Shown here: piece after piece, positions 19,943-28,097 of the stretch
How the letters are laid out: each line of letters begins with the position of its first letter
Position numbering within the stretch: the stretch's first letter is position 1
Origin: an uncultured beta proteobacterium
Lineage (GTDB): Bacteria > Pseudomonadota > Gammaproteobacteria > Burkholderiales > Casimicrobiaceae
Assembly (NCBI GenBank): GCA_963717695.1
Contig: CAVQWR010000001.1
Location: forward strand, 560,374-624,373
Length of the DNA stretch: 64,000 nt
Direction: 5' to 3'
Made by a program: the position numbers and the translations under genes
The notes under the pieces: model-generated
What the model was told of the DNA's origin: nothing
The model's input: the letters and a program-made list of their open reading frames with translations, nothing else
Databases searched by the model: none

Positions 19943-20347
19943 TTGGCCCGAGAAAGCGGACTCAGGTCAAATCCCGCAAGAAGCAGCGGCGACGCGAGCG
20001 CTCCAGGGAACGCCGCCGAAGTCCGGCCGCATGTAGCGCTCACTGGTCGCCGTTTCCGTTATCACGTCTCTGGTTGCGATCGAGATAATTGGCGCGCTAC
20101 TGATCGTAAGGTTGCTGTAAGTTCGCGGCCATGTAGCGCGCCGAATTTATGCACGTTTCGCGGCGTCGATGGACTTTACAGTTCTCTTGCATCGTACTTC
20201 AGCGGCTGCGCATCAAACCGCTGATTGAGATGATTATTCAAATTGCGGCCTGGATATTGCTCCGTCTACAATCCTTCGGCCGCTCTTGGTTTCGAGCAAC
20301 GCTCTCGTGACGGAATGGCTTCACTTTATCTGACTCTAGGGGGGCAA

Positions 20348-20863
20348 ATGAAGATCATCGGCGTGGTTGTAGCGCTTCTCTTTTCGGCAGCGGTGCACGC
20401 GACGCCGGTCACATGGACTCTAGATGGCGTGATATTTAACGATGGTGGCACCGCGGTCGGTTCCTTCACCTACGATGCCGACACAAACACTTTTAGCTCA
20501 ATCAACATCGCCACCAGCGCCGATGCTGCGCTAGGGCTCGGCACGACCTACGGAAATCCCACCGGGCTCGGTAACTCAACATTTTTTGACACGATCAACC
20601 AGCCGAAGGGAGCAGGCATACCGAGACTGCTCTTCGACCTGTCGCTAGCCATGACGAATGCCGGGGGAAACATCCCCATCAACATCGGCGGTGGGCAATT
20701 CGATGGAGAAGGCACTTGCGCAACTGACAGTTGTGTTTCATTTGCTTCCTCTCGAACAATTATCGAAGGAAGCATTAGCGCAGTTCCCGAACCCGCTACC
20801 CTCGCGCTGCTTGGTATCAGCCTCGCTGGATTCGGTTTCTCGCGTCGCCGCAAGCTGAACTGA
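20348..20863 (+). CDS. PEP-CTERM sorting-domain secreted protein
   Basis: Signal peptide MKIIGVVVALLFSAAVHA. C-terminal VPEPATLALLGISLAGFGFSRRRK is a textbook PEP-CTERM anchor. SD GGGGGG before the ATG at 20348. Confidence 0.85.
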   Translation: MKIIGVVVALLFSAAVHATPVTWTLDGVIFNDGGTAVGSFTYDADTNTFSSINIATSADAALGLGTTYGNPTGLGNSTFFDTINQPKGAGIPRLLFDLSLAMTNAGGNIPINIGGGQFDGEGTCATDSCVSFASSRTIIEGSISAVPEPATLALLGISLAGFGFSRRRKLN

Positions 20864-20886
20864 TCGTTAGCATTACCACACGACGA

Positions 20887-20909
20887 CCCCGCCCGCGTGG
20901 CGGGGTTTT
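20887..20909 (+). terminator. Rho-independent terminator after the PEP-CTERM gene
   Basis: CCCCGCC-cgcgt-GGCGGGG followed by TTTTCATTT. Confidence 0.6.
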
Positions 20910-20936
20910 CATTTGCGCGGCGGTAATATCCCTCCC

Positions 20937-21137
20937 ATGTCCGGCCCACTTCATTCGCCGACGGTTCTAATGCTATTCCCGTTTCGCTTCCGCGATCCGA
21001 TGACGGGCAAATGGACGAAGGCCCGCTACCGCGCCGAGCGGAGTGTCATCACGGCGAGGCACACCGAGTTCGTGATCACCGGCGAGCCGGAATATCGCCA
21101 GCCGGCCGGCGGATATTTCTCGCCACACCAACAATAG
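20937..21137 (+). CDS. Hypothetical small protein (66 aa)
   Basis: ORF MSGPLHSPTVLMLFPFRFRDPMTGKWTKARYRAERSVITARHTEFVITGEPEYRQ.. ends 18 nt before the next ORF. No family recognised. The start is uncertain (20913, 20937 or 20973). Confidence 0.35.
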   Translation: MSGPLHSPTVLMLFPFRFRDPMTGKWTKARYRAERSVITARHTEFVITGEPEYRQPAGGYFSPHQQ

Positions 21138-21154
21138 GAGCGGATAGCCCTGTC

Positions 21155-21763
21155 ATGGATGACGTTCTTCAAGCCTCCGTCCGCAATCTCGGTGCCGCAG
21201 TGGACGAATTGACCGACCTCTCGGACGTCATGCGGAATGACGTGTACCACTCCCTTCAGGCATTTCGCGACCGACCGACGACGGAGCGCCAGCCACTTGC
21301 ACGCGCATTCGTTCGTTCATGCTGGGCGTACGTCGAAGGCGTGACGTTCGCGATAAAACGCTTCACGTTCTCCGCGTGCGTGCTCGGAAAGCAAGGTCTT
21401 TCGGTGGACGATCATGAGTTCCTTGCCGACATGCGATTCGTCGTCGACATCGAGGGCAACGCGGAATTGCAACCGGCTAAGACTCGGACACTCGGCAATG
21501 TGAAGCGGACGTTCATTTTGTCCGCACAAATCTTCGACCTTGATTGGAAACCAAACTTCGGGTGCAAGGGTTGGGAAGACTTGCGCGACTCACTTCAAGT
21601 CCGTCACCGCGTGACGCATCCAAAGTCCGTTGCCGAGTTCGCGATCGAGCCCATCGATATCAAGATTCAGATAGATGGGATTGCCTGGTTTATTTCGTCG
21701 TTCAACGAGTATCAGGAGAGCTTTTTGAGGAAGCATCCGGCGTCGGCACCATCGACGTCTTGA
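21155..21763 (+). CDS. Hypothetical protein with a HEPN-like R-x4-H motif (putative; function unproven)
   Basis: 202 aa. The C-terminal third carries WEDLRDSLQVRHRVTHPKS (R150-x4-H155). An earlier helix reads RSCWAYVEGVTFAIKRF, resembling the ..YAhwEGf.K.. helix I recall from RiboL-PSP/MAE-type HEPN families. Confidence 0.55.
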   Translation: MDDVLQASVRNLGAAVDELTDLSDVMRNDVYHSLQAFRDRPTTERQPLARAFVRSCWAYVEGVTFAIKRFTFSACVLGKQGLSVDDHEFLADMRFVVDIEGNAELQPAKTRTLGNVKRTFILSAQIFDLDWKPNFGCKGWEDLRDSLQVRHRVTHPKSVAEFAIEPIDIKIQIDGIAWFISSFNEYQESFLRKHPASAPSTS

Positions 21764-21801
21764 CTCACGAGACCTCAAAAACCATCGAAGGGAGAAGCAG
21801 A

Positions 21802-21993
21802 ATGACCGCTGCCGAAGCCATTGCCATGCTAGCCAAGCTGCCCGACGCAACGCCCGTGTGTTTCACGATCGGCGACATGCTGCTCGAGATCACCGGCGTC
21901 GAGATGGTCGACGCGCTGGCCGAGGCAGACGGCTACAGCGTGACGTTCGACGGCGCGCGAGAAGACGCGCTGCGCGTGGCAGTGGTGAGCTAG
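21802..21993 (+). CDS. Hypothetical small protein (63 aa)
   Basis: ATG with SD GGGAGA 6 nt upstream. Its last 14 codons are repeated at the protein level at 22207-22248. Confidence 0.35.
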   Translation: MTAAEAIAMLAKLPDATPVCFTIGDMLLEITGVEMVDALAEADGYSVTFDGAREDALRVAVVS

Positions 21994-22004
21994 GGGAGAA
22001 ACAC

Positions 22005-22202
22005 GTGGGCAGATGGACCTATTGGGCCATCTTGGTGGGTTTGTTTTGGCTTCTGATCTTAGGGGTGGCTGGCCTCTTTGACGCTGGCAGACGTCAAGAT
22101 AAGAGCCCCTCAACCGACGTGACTGGAATGGCGCTAGTGGCGTTGACCGTCGCGGCACTTGCCGCGGCCACAATTGTTATGGTGATCAAGTCAATGCCTT
22201 AA
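22005..22202 (+). CDS. Hypothetical small membrane protein (65 aa, two hydrophobic helices)
   Basis: GTG start with SD GGGGAG 6 nt upstream. WTYWAILVGLFWLLILGVAGLF and MALVALTVAALAAATIVMVI are predicted TM helices. Confidence 0.35.
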   Translation: MGRWTYWAILVGLFWLLILGVAGLFDAGRRQDKSPSTDVTGMALVALTVAALAAATIVMVIKSMP

Positions 22203-22249
22203 GGGCGGCGCCCGGGCTGACGCGCTGCGGGTCGCGGTGGTGTCCTAGC

Positions 22250-22435
22250 CTATCCGAGGTTTCGATCGTCGATCTGGCGTCGATCTGTGCGGTCGCGCGC
22301 GGCTTTGCGGATGTAGACGTACTTCCCGCCCCACGCGGCGCGGAACGTTTCCACGATCTTGTCGGCCGTCACTCGGTCAATGCCGGTGTCGAGCGCGGCG
22401 TGGCGAATGAGATCGAATGCGTCGACGGCGCCCAT
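22250..22435 (-). CDS. Possible truncated Mor-like (phage Mu middle-operon-regulator family) N-terminal remnant
   Basis: ..FDLIRHAALDTGIDRVTADKIVETFRAAWGGKYVYIRK resembles the N-terminal half of Mor-family proteins (GG..vYIPK). The C-terminal HTH is absent. The ORF-track TTG start at 22489 lies inside the tRNA terminator T-tract, so it is unlikely. Confidence 0.3.
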   Translation of the reverse strand: MGAVDAFDLIRHAALDTGIDRVTADKIVETFRAAWGGKYVYIRKAARDRTDRRQIDDRNLG

Positions 22436-22486
22436 CGCGCGATGGTAGCGCGCGTGGGGGTATGGCGGGGGTATGAATCCACCATT

Positions 22487-22528
22487 CAAAGAAAAAGGGG
22501 TTAGGTCGTTGACCTAACCCCTTGTTTT
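22487..22528 (-). terminator. Rho-independent (bidirectional) terminator immediately downstream of tRNA-Arg
   Basis: Perfect 11-bp stem GGGGTTAGGTC-gtt-GACCTAACCCC, flanked by TTTTTCTTT on the minus strand and TTGTTTT on the plus strand. Confidence 0.75.
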
Positions 22529-22530
22529 AT

Positions 22531-22608
22531 TGGCGCGCCCGGCAGGATTTGAACCCACGACCCCCTGGTTCGTAGCCAGGTACTCTAATCCAACTGAGCT
22601 ACGGGCGC
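22531..22608 (-). tRNA. tRNA-Arg (anticodon ACG)
   Basis: The reverse complement GCGCCCGTAGCTCAGTTGGATTAGAGTACCTGGCTACGAACCAGGGGGTCGTGGGTTCAAATCCTGCCGGGCGCGCCA folds as a cloverleaf: 7-bp acceptor stem, anticodon loop CTACGAA, encoded CCA. Confidence 0.95.
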
Positions 22609-22617
22609 GAAGGGCGG

Positions 22618-22645
22618 ATTATACCAGTCGCGCCCAGTCTGGAAA
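22618..22645 (-). promoter_or_regulatory. Sigma70-type promoter for tRNA-Arg
   Basis: On the minus strand: TTTCCA, 16 nt, TATAAT, then the GC-rich discriminator ccgccc and the mature 5' end 9 nt after the -10 hexamer. Confidence 0.55.
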
Positions 22646-22861
22646 GATGCGATTACTGCATCCCGGCCGTCGACATGACGCTGGACGGCGCCCGCTCTTG
22701 CACCTCGAGATCCGCGCGGTGCCGCCTTGCCGGAAAAAAATCGTCGCAGCGCGCGGCGCGAGACCGTCTCGCGCCCTTCGGGGATAGGCGTCGCCGTATC
22801 GGGCGCCATTAGGCGTCGCTCGTATAATGAATCGAACATCCCAACGCAAGCGGGCCCGTTC

Positions 22862-23980
22862 ATGACGACTCGTACCGAACCGCCGTTTCGCGCCGACCAC
22901 GTCGGCAGCTTCCTGCGACCGCCTGAGCTCCTCGAGGCGCGCGACCGATTCAAGCGTGGCGCGATCGATCGCGTGGAGCTGCGCGCCGTCGAAGACTCCG
23001 CGATCACGGACATCGTCCGCTTCCAGGAGGATCTCGGCCTCCAGGGCATCACCGACGGCGAATTCCGGCGCACCTACTTCCACATCGATTTCCTGGAGCA
23101 GCTCGAAGGCGTCGAGACCAGGGGCGGCATCGCCGTCAGCTTCCACAGCGCGCAGGGCAACGTCGATTTCGCGCCGCCGGTGATGCGCATCACGGCGCCG
23201 GTCCGCCACGTGAAGCCGATCCAGCTCGACGATTTCAAGTTCCTGCAATCGGTGACGCGCAGGACGCCGAAGGTCACGATCCCCTCGCCGACGATGCTGC
23301 ACTTCCGCGGCGGCCGCGACGCAATCAGTCGCGACGCCTATCCGGACCTCGACGCGTTCTACGTGGACGTCGCCTCCGCGTATCGGGCCGAGATCGCGGA
23401 ACTGGGCGCGGCCGGCTGCCGCTACCTGCAGCTCGACGACACCAACCTCGCCTACCTGTGCGACGCGAAGATGCGGGAAGGGGCACGCGCGCGCGGCGAC
23501 GATCCCGACGAGCTGCCGCGGCGCTATGCGCGGCTCATCAACGCGGCCATTCGCAACCGTCCGACCGACATGAAGGTCTGCGTGCATCTCTGCCGCGGCA
23601 ACTTCCAGAGCGCGTGGGCGGCCGAGGGCGGCTACGAGCCCGTCGCCGAAGTGCTGTTCAACGAGCTCGCCGTCGACGGCTACTTCCTCGAATACGACGA
23701 CGCGCGCTCGGGCGACTTCGCGCCGCTGCGCTTCGTGCCGAAGGGCAAGACGGTCGTCCTCGGGCTCGTCAGCACCAAGCTCGACCGGGTGGAATCGAAG
23801 GACGACATCCTGCGCCGCATCGACGAGGCGGCGAAAGTGATGCCGCTGGAGCAGCTGTGCCTGTCGCCGCAATGCGGCTTCTCGTCGACCGTGCACGGCA
23901 ACGCGATCCACGTCGAGGCGCAGGCGGCGAAGCTCAGGCTGTGCATCGACATCGCACGCGACGTCTGGGGCGGCGTCTGA
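22862..23980 (+). CDS. Cobalamin-independent methionine synthase II family protein (MetE C-terminal-domain-like)
   Basis: MTTRTEPPFRADHVGSFLRPPELLEAR.. N-terminus and Zn-ligand contexts HLCRGN and LSPQCGFSS. 372 aa. Confidence 0.85.
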   Translation: MTTRTEPPFRADHVGSFLRPPELLEARDRFKRGAIDRVELRAVEDSAITDIVRFQEDLGLQGITDGEFRRTYFHIDFLEQLEGVETRGGIAVSFHSAQGNVDFAPPVMRITAPVRHVKPIQLDDFKFLQSVTRRTPKVTIPSPTMLHFRGGRDAISRDAYPDLDAFYVDVASAYRAEIAELGAAGCRYLQLDDTNLAYLCDAKMREGARARGDDPDELPRRYARLINAAIRNRPTDMKVCVHLCRGNFQSAWAAEGGYEPVAEVLFNELAVDGYFLEYDDARSGDFAPLRFVPKGKTVVLGLVSTKLDRVESKDDILRRIDEAAKVMPLEQLCLSPQCGFSSTVHGNAIHVEAQAAKLRLCIDIARDVWGGV

Positions 23981-24921
23981 TGGCTCCCGCGCCTGCGCAG
24001 ACGGCGGGGAGCGGCCCCCTCACCGTCGGCCTCGTCGGCTATGGCGAAGTCGGCGGGATACTCGGATCGGCCCTGGCAGCGCACCCCGGCGTCACGGTCT
24101 GCGCCTGGGACGTGCTGCTGCACGGTCCGGCGGACACGATGCGCGGCCATGCGACCGGGGCGGGCGTCCTGCTCATGCAGGGTCTCGCGCCGCTGCTGGA
24201 GCGTGCCGACGTCGTGATCTCCGCAGTCACCGCGTCGCAGGCGGAGGCCGTTGCGATCGAGGCGGCGCGGACGATCCGGCGCGGCACCTGGTTCCTCGAC
24301 CTCAACTCGGCGTCGCCGGGCACGAAGGTGCGGAGCAGCGAGCAGGTCGACGTCGCTGGCGGACGCTACGTCGAAGCCGCGGTGATGACCTCCGTGCCGC
24401 CGTACGGGATCAAGGTGCCGATGCTCCTCGGCGGCACCCACGCCGACGGGTTGCGCGCGCTGTTGGCCCCTTTGGGATTCGACATGACGGTCGCGGCGCC
24501 GCAGGTCGGGGTCGCGTCCGCGATCAAGATGTGCCGCAGCGTGATCATCAAGGGCCTGGAGGCACTCGTCGTCGAGAGTTTCACCTCGGCGCGCGCCTAC
24601 GGCGTCGAGGAGCGGGTGCTGGCCTCGCTGCAGGAGACCTTTCCGGGGCTCGACTGGGACGAGGTCGGCTCCTATCTTTTCAGCCGGACCGCGCTGCACG
24701 GCAAGCGCCGCGCCGAGGAGATGCGCGAAGTCGCGGTGACGGTGCGGGAAATCGGCCTCGAGCCATTGCTCGCATCCGCGATCGCCGCACGGCAGGACTG
24801 GATGGCGCAGCAGAAGGAGCGTGCAGGACTGGGTCGGGTCGCAAAAGGCGCGAACTGGCGCGCCTACGCCGATCGGCTGCTCGACGCGCGCGACGCCACA
24901 CGCGAGGCATCGGCCGACTGA
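23980..24921 (+). CDS. NAD(P)-binding oxidoreductase (6-phosphogluconate-dehydrogenase-like N-domain, DUF1932-type C-domain)
   Basis: The ATG overlaps the upstream stop (TGATG). Rossmann motif VGLVGYGEVGG. Confidence 0.7.
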   Translation: MAPAPAQTAGSGPLTVGLVGYGEVGGILGSALAAHPGVTVCAWDVLLHGPADTMRGHATGAGVLLMQGLAPLLERADVVISAVTASQAEAVAIEAARTIRRGTWFLDLNSASPGTKVRSSEQVDVAGGRYVEAAVMTSVPPYGIKVPMLLGGTHADGLRALLAPLGFDMTVAAPQVGVASAIKMCRSVIIKGLEALVVESFTSARAYGVEERVLASLQETFPGLDWDEVGSYLFSRTALHGKRRAEEMREVAVTVREIGLEPLLASAIAARQDWMAQQKERAGLGRVAKGANWRAYADRLLDARDATREASAD

Positions 24922-24937
24922 GATTGCACCGCGAGCC

Positions 24938-25524
24938 TCAATGCAGCGCCGGAGACTCCGGGCCGACGCCGTAGGGCGGCGGAAGGATCGCGGCGAGGCG
25001 CCGGAACAATTCGCGGAAAGCCTTGCTCGCGGGGACGCCGACGACGGGATCGTCGTTCGACGCGAACGCCGCGTCGATCGCGTCCCAGTCTTCGCTCTTC
25101 AGCGCCGTCATCGCCAGCGGCAGCACCTCGTCCTCCTCGCGCCGCATGTGCAGCCAGTGGAAATGCGCGTAGCGCTCGACGCGCTCAACGAACGGCTTCA
25201 GCGCCCGCGGATCGGCGCGGAACTGCTCGCACGCGGCCTTCAGCTCGGCGAAGCGCTCGCGGCCGATCTCGTGCTCGCGCGCGAGCGCATCGAGCAGCGG
25301 TGCCGCGTCGGGGCGCCGCACGCGCAGTCGGGCGAACAGGAAGTCGTCCTCCTTCGGATGATGCAGCCGCTCGGGGAACTGCTCGATGTAGTCGAACAGC
25401 GCGCCGAGCAGGGCATGGTCCGGTGCCATCCGCCCCGCGTCGATCTCCGCGACGATGCCGTCAGCGCCTCGACGACCGCGGTGATGGCGCGGTGCTCGTC
25501 CTGGATGATCGCGATGGCCTTCAT
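24938..25524 (-). pseudogene. Hemerythrin-domain protein, one frame break as sequenced
   Basis: The N-terminus MKAIAIIQDEHRAITAVVEALT is in one frame. IVAEIDAGRMAPDHALLGALFDYIEQFPERLHHPKEDDFLF..HWLHMRREEDEVLP continues in another. The break is near 25455-25460, where a 1-nt deletion next to a G/C doublet would explain it. Confidence 0.75.
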
Positions 25525-25549
25525 GTCGTCGGAGCTCCGTGGTGGCGGA

Positions 25550-26253
25550 TCAGGATACGGCGACGAGCCGGTGCAGCGTGTCCGGATCGCGCAGGAGCGC
25601 ATCGCTGTCCGAGCGGTGGACGACGCGGCCGCGCTCGAGCACGATCGCGTGCCGCGTCAGCGACAGCGCGAGCTTCGCGTGCTGCTCGACGACGATCACC
25701 GCCATGCCGCTGCCCGGTGACGAGGTCGCGGATCACGCCCATCAGCTCCTGCACGATGATCGGCGCGAGACCCTCCATCGGCTCGTCGAGCAGCAGCAGC
25801 GCCGGGTTGACCATCAGCGCGCGGCCGATCGCGAGCATCTGCTGCTCGCCGCCGGAGAGCTGGTTGCCGAAGTTGCCGCGCCGCTCGGCGAGGCGCGGGA
25901 AGATCTCGTAGACGCGACCGACGTTCCACGGGCCGGGCCGCGCAACGGCCGTCAGGTGCTCCTCGACGGTGAGCGAAGGGAACATGTAGCGCTCCTGCGG
26001 CACCCAGCCGATCCCCGACCGGCTGCGCGCGTGCGTTGGCCAGCGCCGCGAAATCCGCGCCGCGCCAGCGCAGCGTGCCGGCGCGCACGCGCGTCAGTCC
26101 CATCAGCGTCACGAGCAGCGTCGTCTTGCCCATGCCGTTGCGGCCGAGCAGCGCCAGGCTGTCGCCGTCCTCGAGCGTGAGCGAGACGTCCTCCAGCACG
26201 ATGCCGTCGCCGTAGCCGGCGGTGACGCCCTCGACCGCGAGCAGCTCAGCCAT
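25550..26253 (-). pseudogene. livF: Branched-chain/aromatic-acid ABC transporter ATPase (LivF type), two frame breaks
   Basis: GRNGMGKTT, LSGGEQQMLAIGRAL and LLLDEPMEGLAP are all present but spread over three frames. The breaks are at about 26036-26040 (AA run) and 25713-25715 (GGG run). Confidence 0.8.
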
Positions 26254-27002
26254 GCTGCGCCTCGCCGAGGTAGACCTCGCGCACGCGCGGATCGGCGGCG
26301 ATCTCCGCCGGCGTGCCTTCGGTCAGCACCGGCCGCCGACCAGCACGGTGATGCGCTCGGCGAAGCGGAACACGAGCTCCATGTCGTGCTCGATGAAGAG
26401 GATCGTCACGTCGCGCGGCAGCGCCGCGATCACCGCGAAGAGCTCCGCGCTTTCGCCGGCCGGGATGCCGGCCGCGGGCTCGTCGAGCAGCAGGATCCGC
26501 GGCTTCGTCGCCAGCGCCAGCGCGATCTCGACCAGCCGCTGCCTTCCGTACGGCAGGTTGCGCGTCAGCGTATTCGCATGCGAGGCGAGGTGCAGCGATC
26601 TCGAGCAGCGCCAGCGCCTCGTCGGCTTCGTCGCGCCGGCTCGCAACCGTGCGGTGCCAGACGCCCGCGCAGTCCCTTTGCGCTCGCACACGGCCAGCAT
26701 CACCGATTCGAGGACCGTGAGGCCGGCGAACAGCGTGTTGATCTGGAACGTGCGCGTCATGCCGCGCTTGACGCGCTCGTGCTGCGCCATCGCGGTGATG
26801 CGCTCGCCGCCGAGGAGACACGTCGCCCGAGGTCGGCGCGAGCGCGCCGGTCAGCAGGTTGATCAGCGTGGTCTTGCCGGCGCCGTTCGGACCGATCAGC
26901 GCATGGCGCGCGCCCTGCGGAAACGCGAGCGTGACGTCGCTGTTCGCCCGGAACGCGCCGAACTGCTTCGACAGGCCCGTCGTCGCCAGAACGGCGCGTC
27001 AT
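26246..27002 (-). pseudogene. livG: ABC transporter ATPase (LivG type), at least four frame breaks
   Basis: The segments GPNGAGKTTLINLLTG, ITAMAQHERVKRGMTRTFQ, WHRTVASRRDEADEALALLEI, LPYGRQRLVEIALALATKPRILLLDEPAAG and VLTEGTPAEIAADPRVREVYLG alternate between frames. Breaks are near 26825, 26665, 26597 and 26330. The frame at the ATG (27002) is also inconsistent with the first conserved segment. Confidence 0.8.
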
Positions 27003-27978
27003 GTCCGCGCGGCTCCGCAGACGAGTTCGCGATCGCCTCCGACCGCGCCGAGAATGCCGCCGCGCGCGAAGAGCACGACGACGACCAGCAGCAGTCCGAG
27101 CCAGAACTGCCAGTAAACGGGATTCAGGTCGGACAGGAAGTGATGCGCGACCATGAACACCGTCGCGCCGACGAGCCCGCCGTACAGGCGGCCCGCGCCG
27201 CCCAGCACCAGCATGATCATGAGGTCCGCCGAGCGCGGAAAGCCGAACACGTCGAGCCCGACGAACTGCGTCGTCTGCGCAAGCAGGCCGCCGGCCACGC
27301 CGGCCATCGCGGCGCTGATCGTGTAGATGGCGATGAGCCGGCGGGCAACCGGCGCGCCGATCGCCGGCATCCGCCGCACGTTCTCGCGCACGCCGCGCAG
27401 CGACAGCCCGAACGGCGAGTTGACGATGCGGCGCGCCGCGACGAACAGCACGAACAGCACCCCGAGGCTGTAGAGGTAGGCGGTAGTCCCCGTGAGATCG
27501 AACGAGAAGAGCCCGAAGACCTTCCACATCGTCACGCCGGAGAGTCCGTCGGCGCCGCCGGTGATGCTACGGCAGTCTGGTTGGCCGCCTCGAACAGCAT
27601 GAGGCCGATGCCAAGCGTCACCATCAGCCGCGCGAGATCGGAGCCGCGGACCACGAGGAAGCTGGTCGCGAAGCCGGCGAGCGCACCGGCCAGGCCCGCG
27701 ACGAGCAATCCGCTCAACGGCTCGCCCCAGCCGTGCACCGCGAGCACGCCGGCGGCATAGGCGCCGATGCCGAAGAACGCGGCATGCCCCAGCGAGACGA
27801 TGCCGGCATAGCCGAGGATGAGGTCGAGCGTCACCGCGAACAGGCCGGTGATCAGCATCTGGCTGCCGAGCACGCGATAGTTCGGGAAGGCGAAAAAGGC
27901 GGCGACCGCGCCGACCCAGAACACCATCTCGATCGCGACGCCAGCGATCGGTGGGTAGCTGCGGCGCGACCGCCGCAT
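26999..27978 (-). pseudogene. livM: ABC transporter permease (LivM type), one frame break
   Basis: The N-terminal half (..LDLILGYAGIVSLGHAAFFGIGAYAAG..) and C-terminal half (ITGGADGLSGV..RENVRRMPAIGAPV..) are in different frames. The break is near 27565-27568. Confidence 0.75.
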
Positions 27979-28097
27979 CGGCCGAGGTATTCACGTCGCG
28001 GCTCCCGGCCGGCTCATGTTGCGCAAGGTCGGATGACGCTGGCCCGGCAACGGCGCCCGGCGTCGCCTCGCGCCGACGTCAATCGCCGTCCCGGCAG

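Larger units (their letters stand above)
18757..19969 (+). mobile_element. IS3-family insertion sequence, 1213 bp, both ends present
   Basis: Imperfect terminal inverted repeats: left TGACCTGAGCCGGTTTTTCGGTCCA (18757..), and the reverse complement of the right end TGACCTGAGTCCGCTTTCTCGGGCCA (..19969). That is about 22 of 26 matches with one gap. orfA and orfB lie inside. No clear target-site duplication (flanks tat / aat). Confidence 0.85.

Noticed and set aside
22250-22489. Full-length 79-aa version of the Mor-like ORF starting at the TTG at 22489
   Set aside because: That start codon lies inside the T-tract of the tRNA-Arg terminator hairpin and has no SD. Only the shorter remnant starting at the ATG at 22435 is listed, at low confidence.
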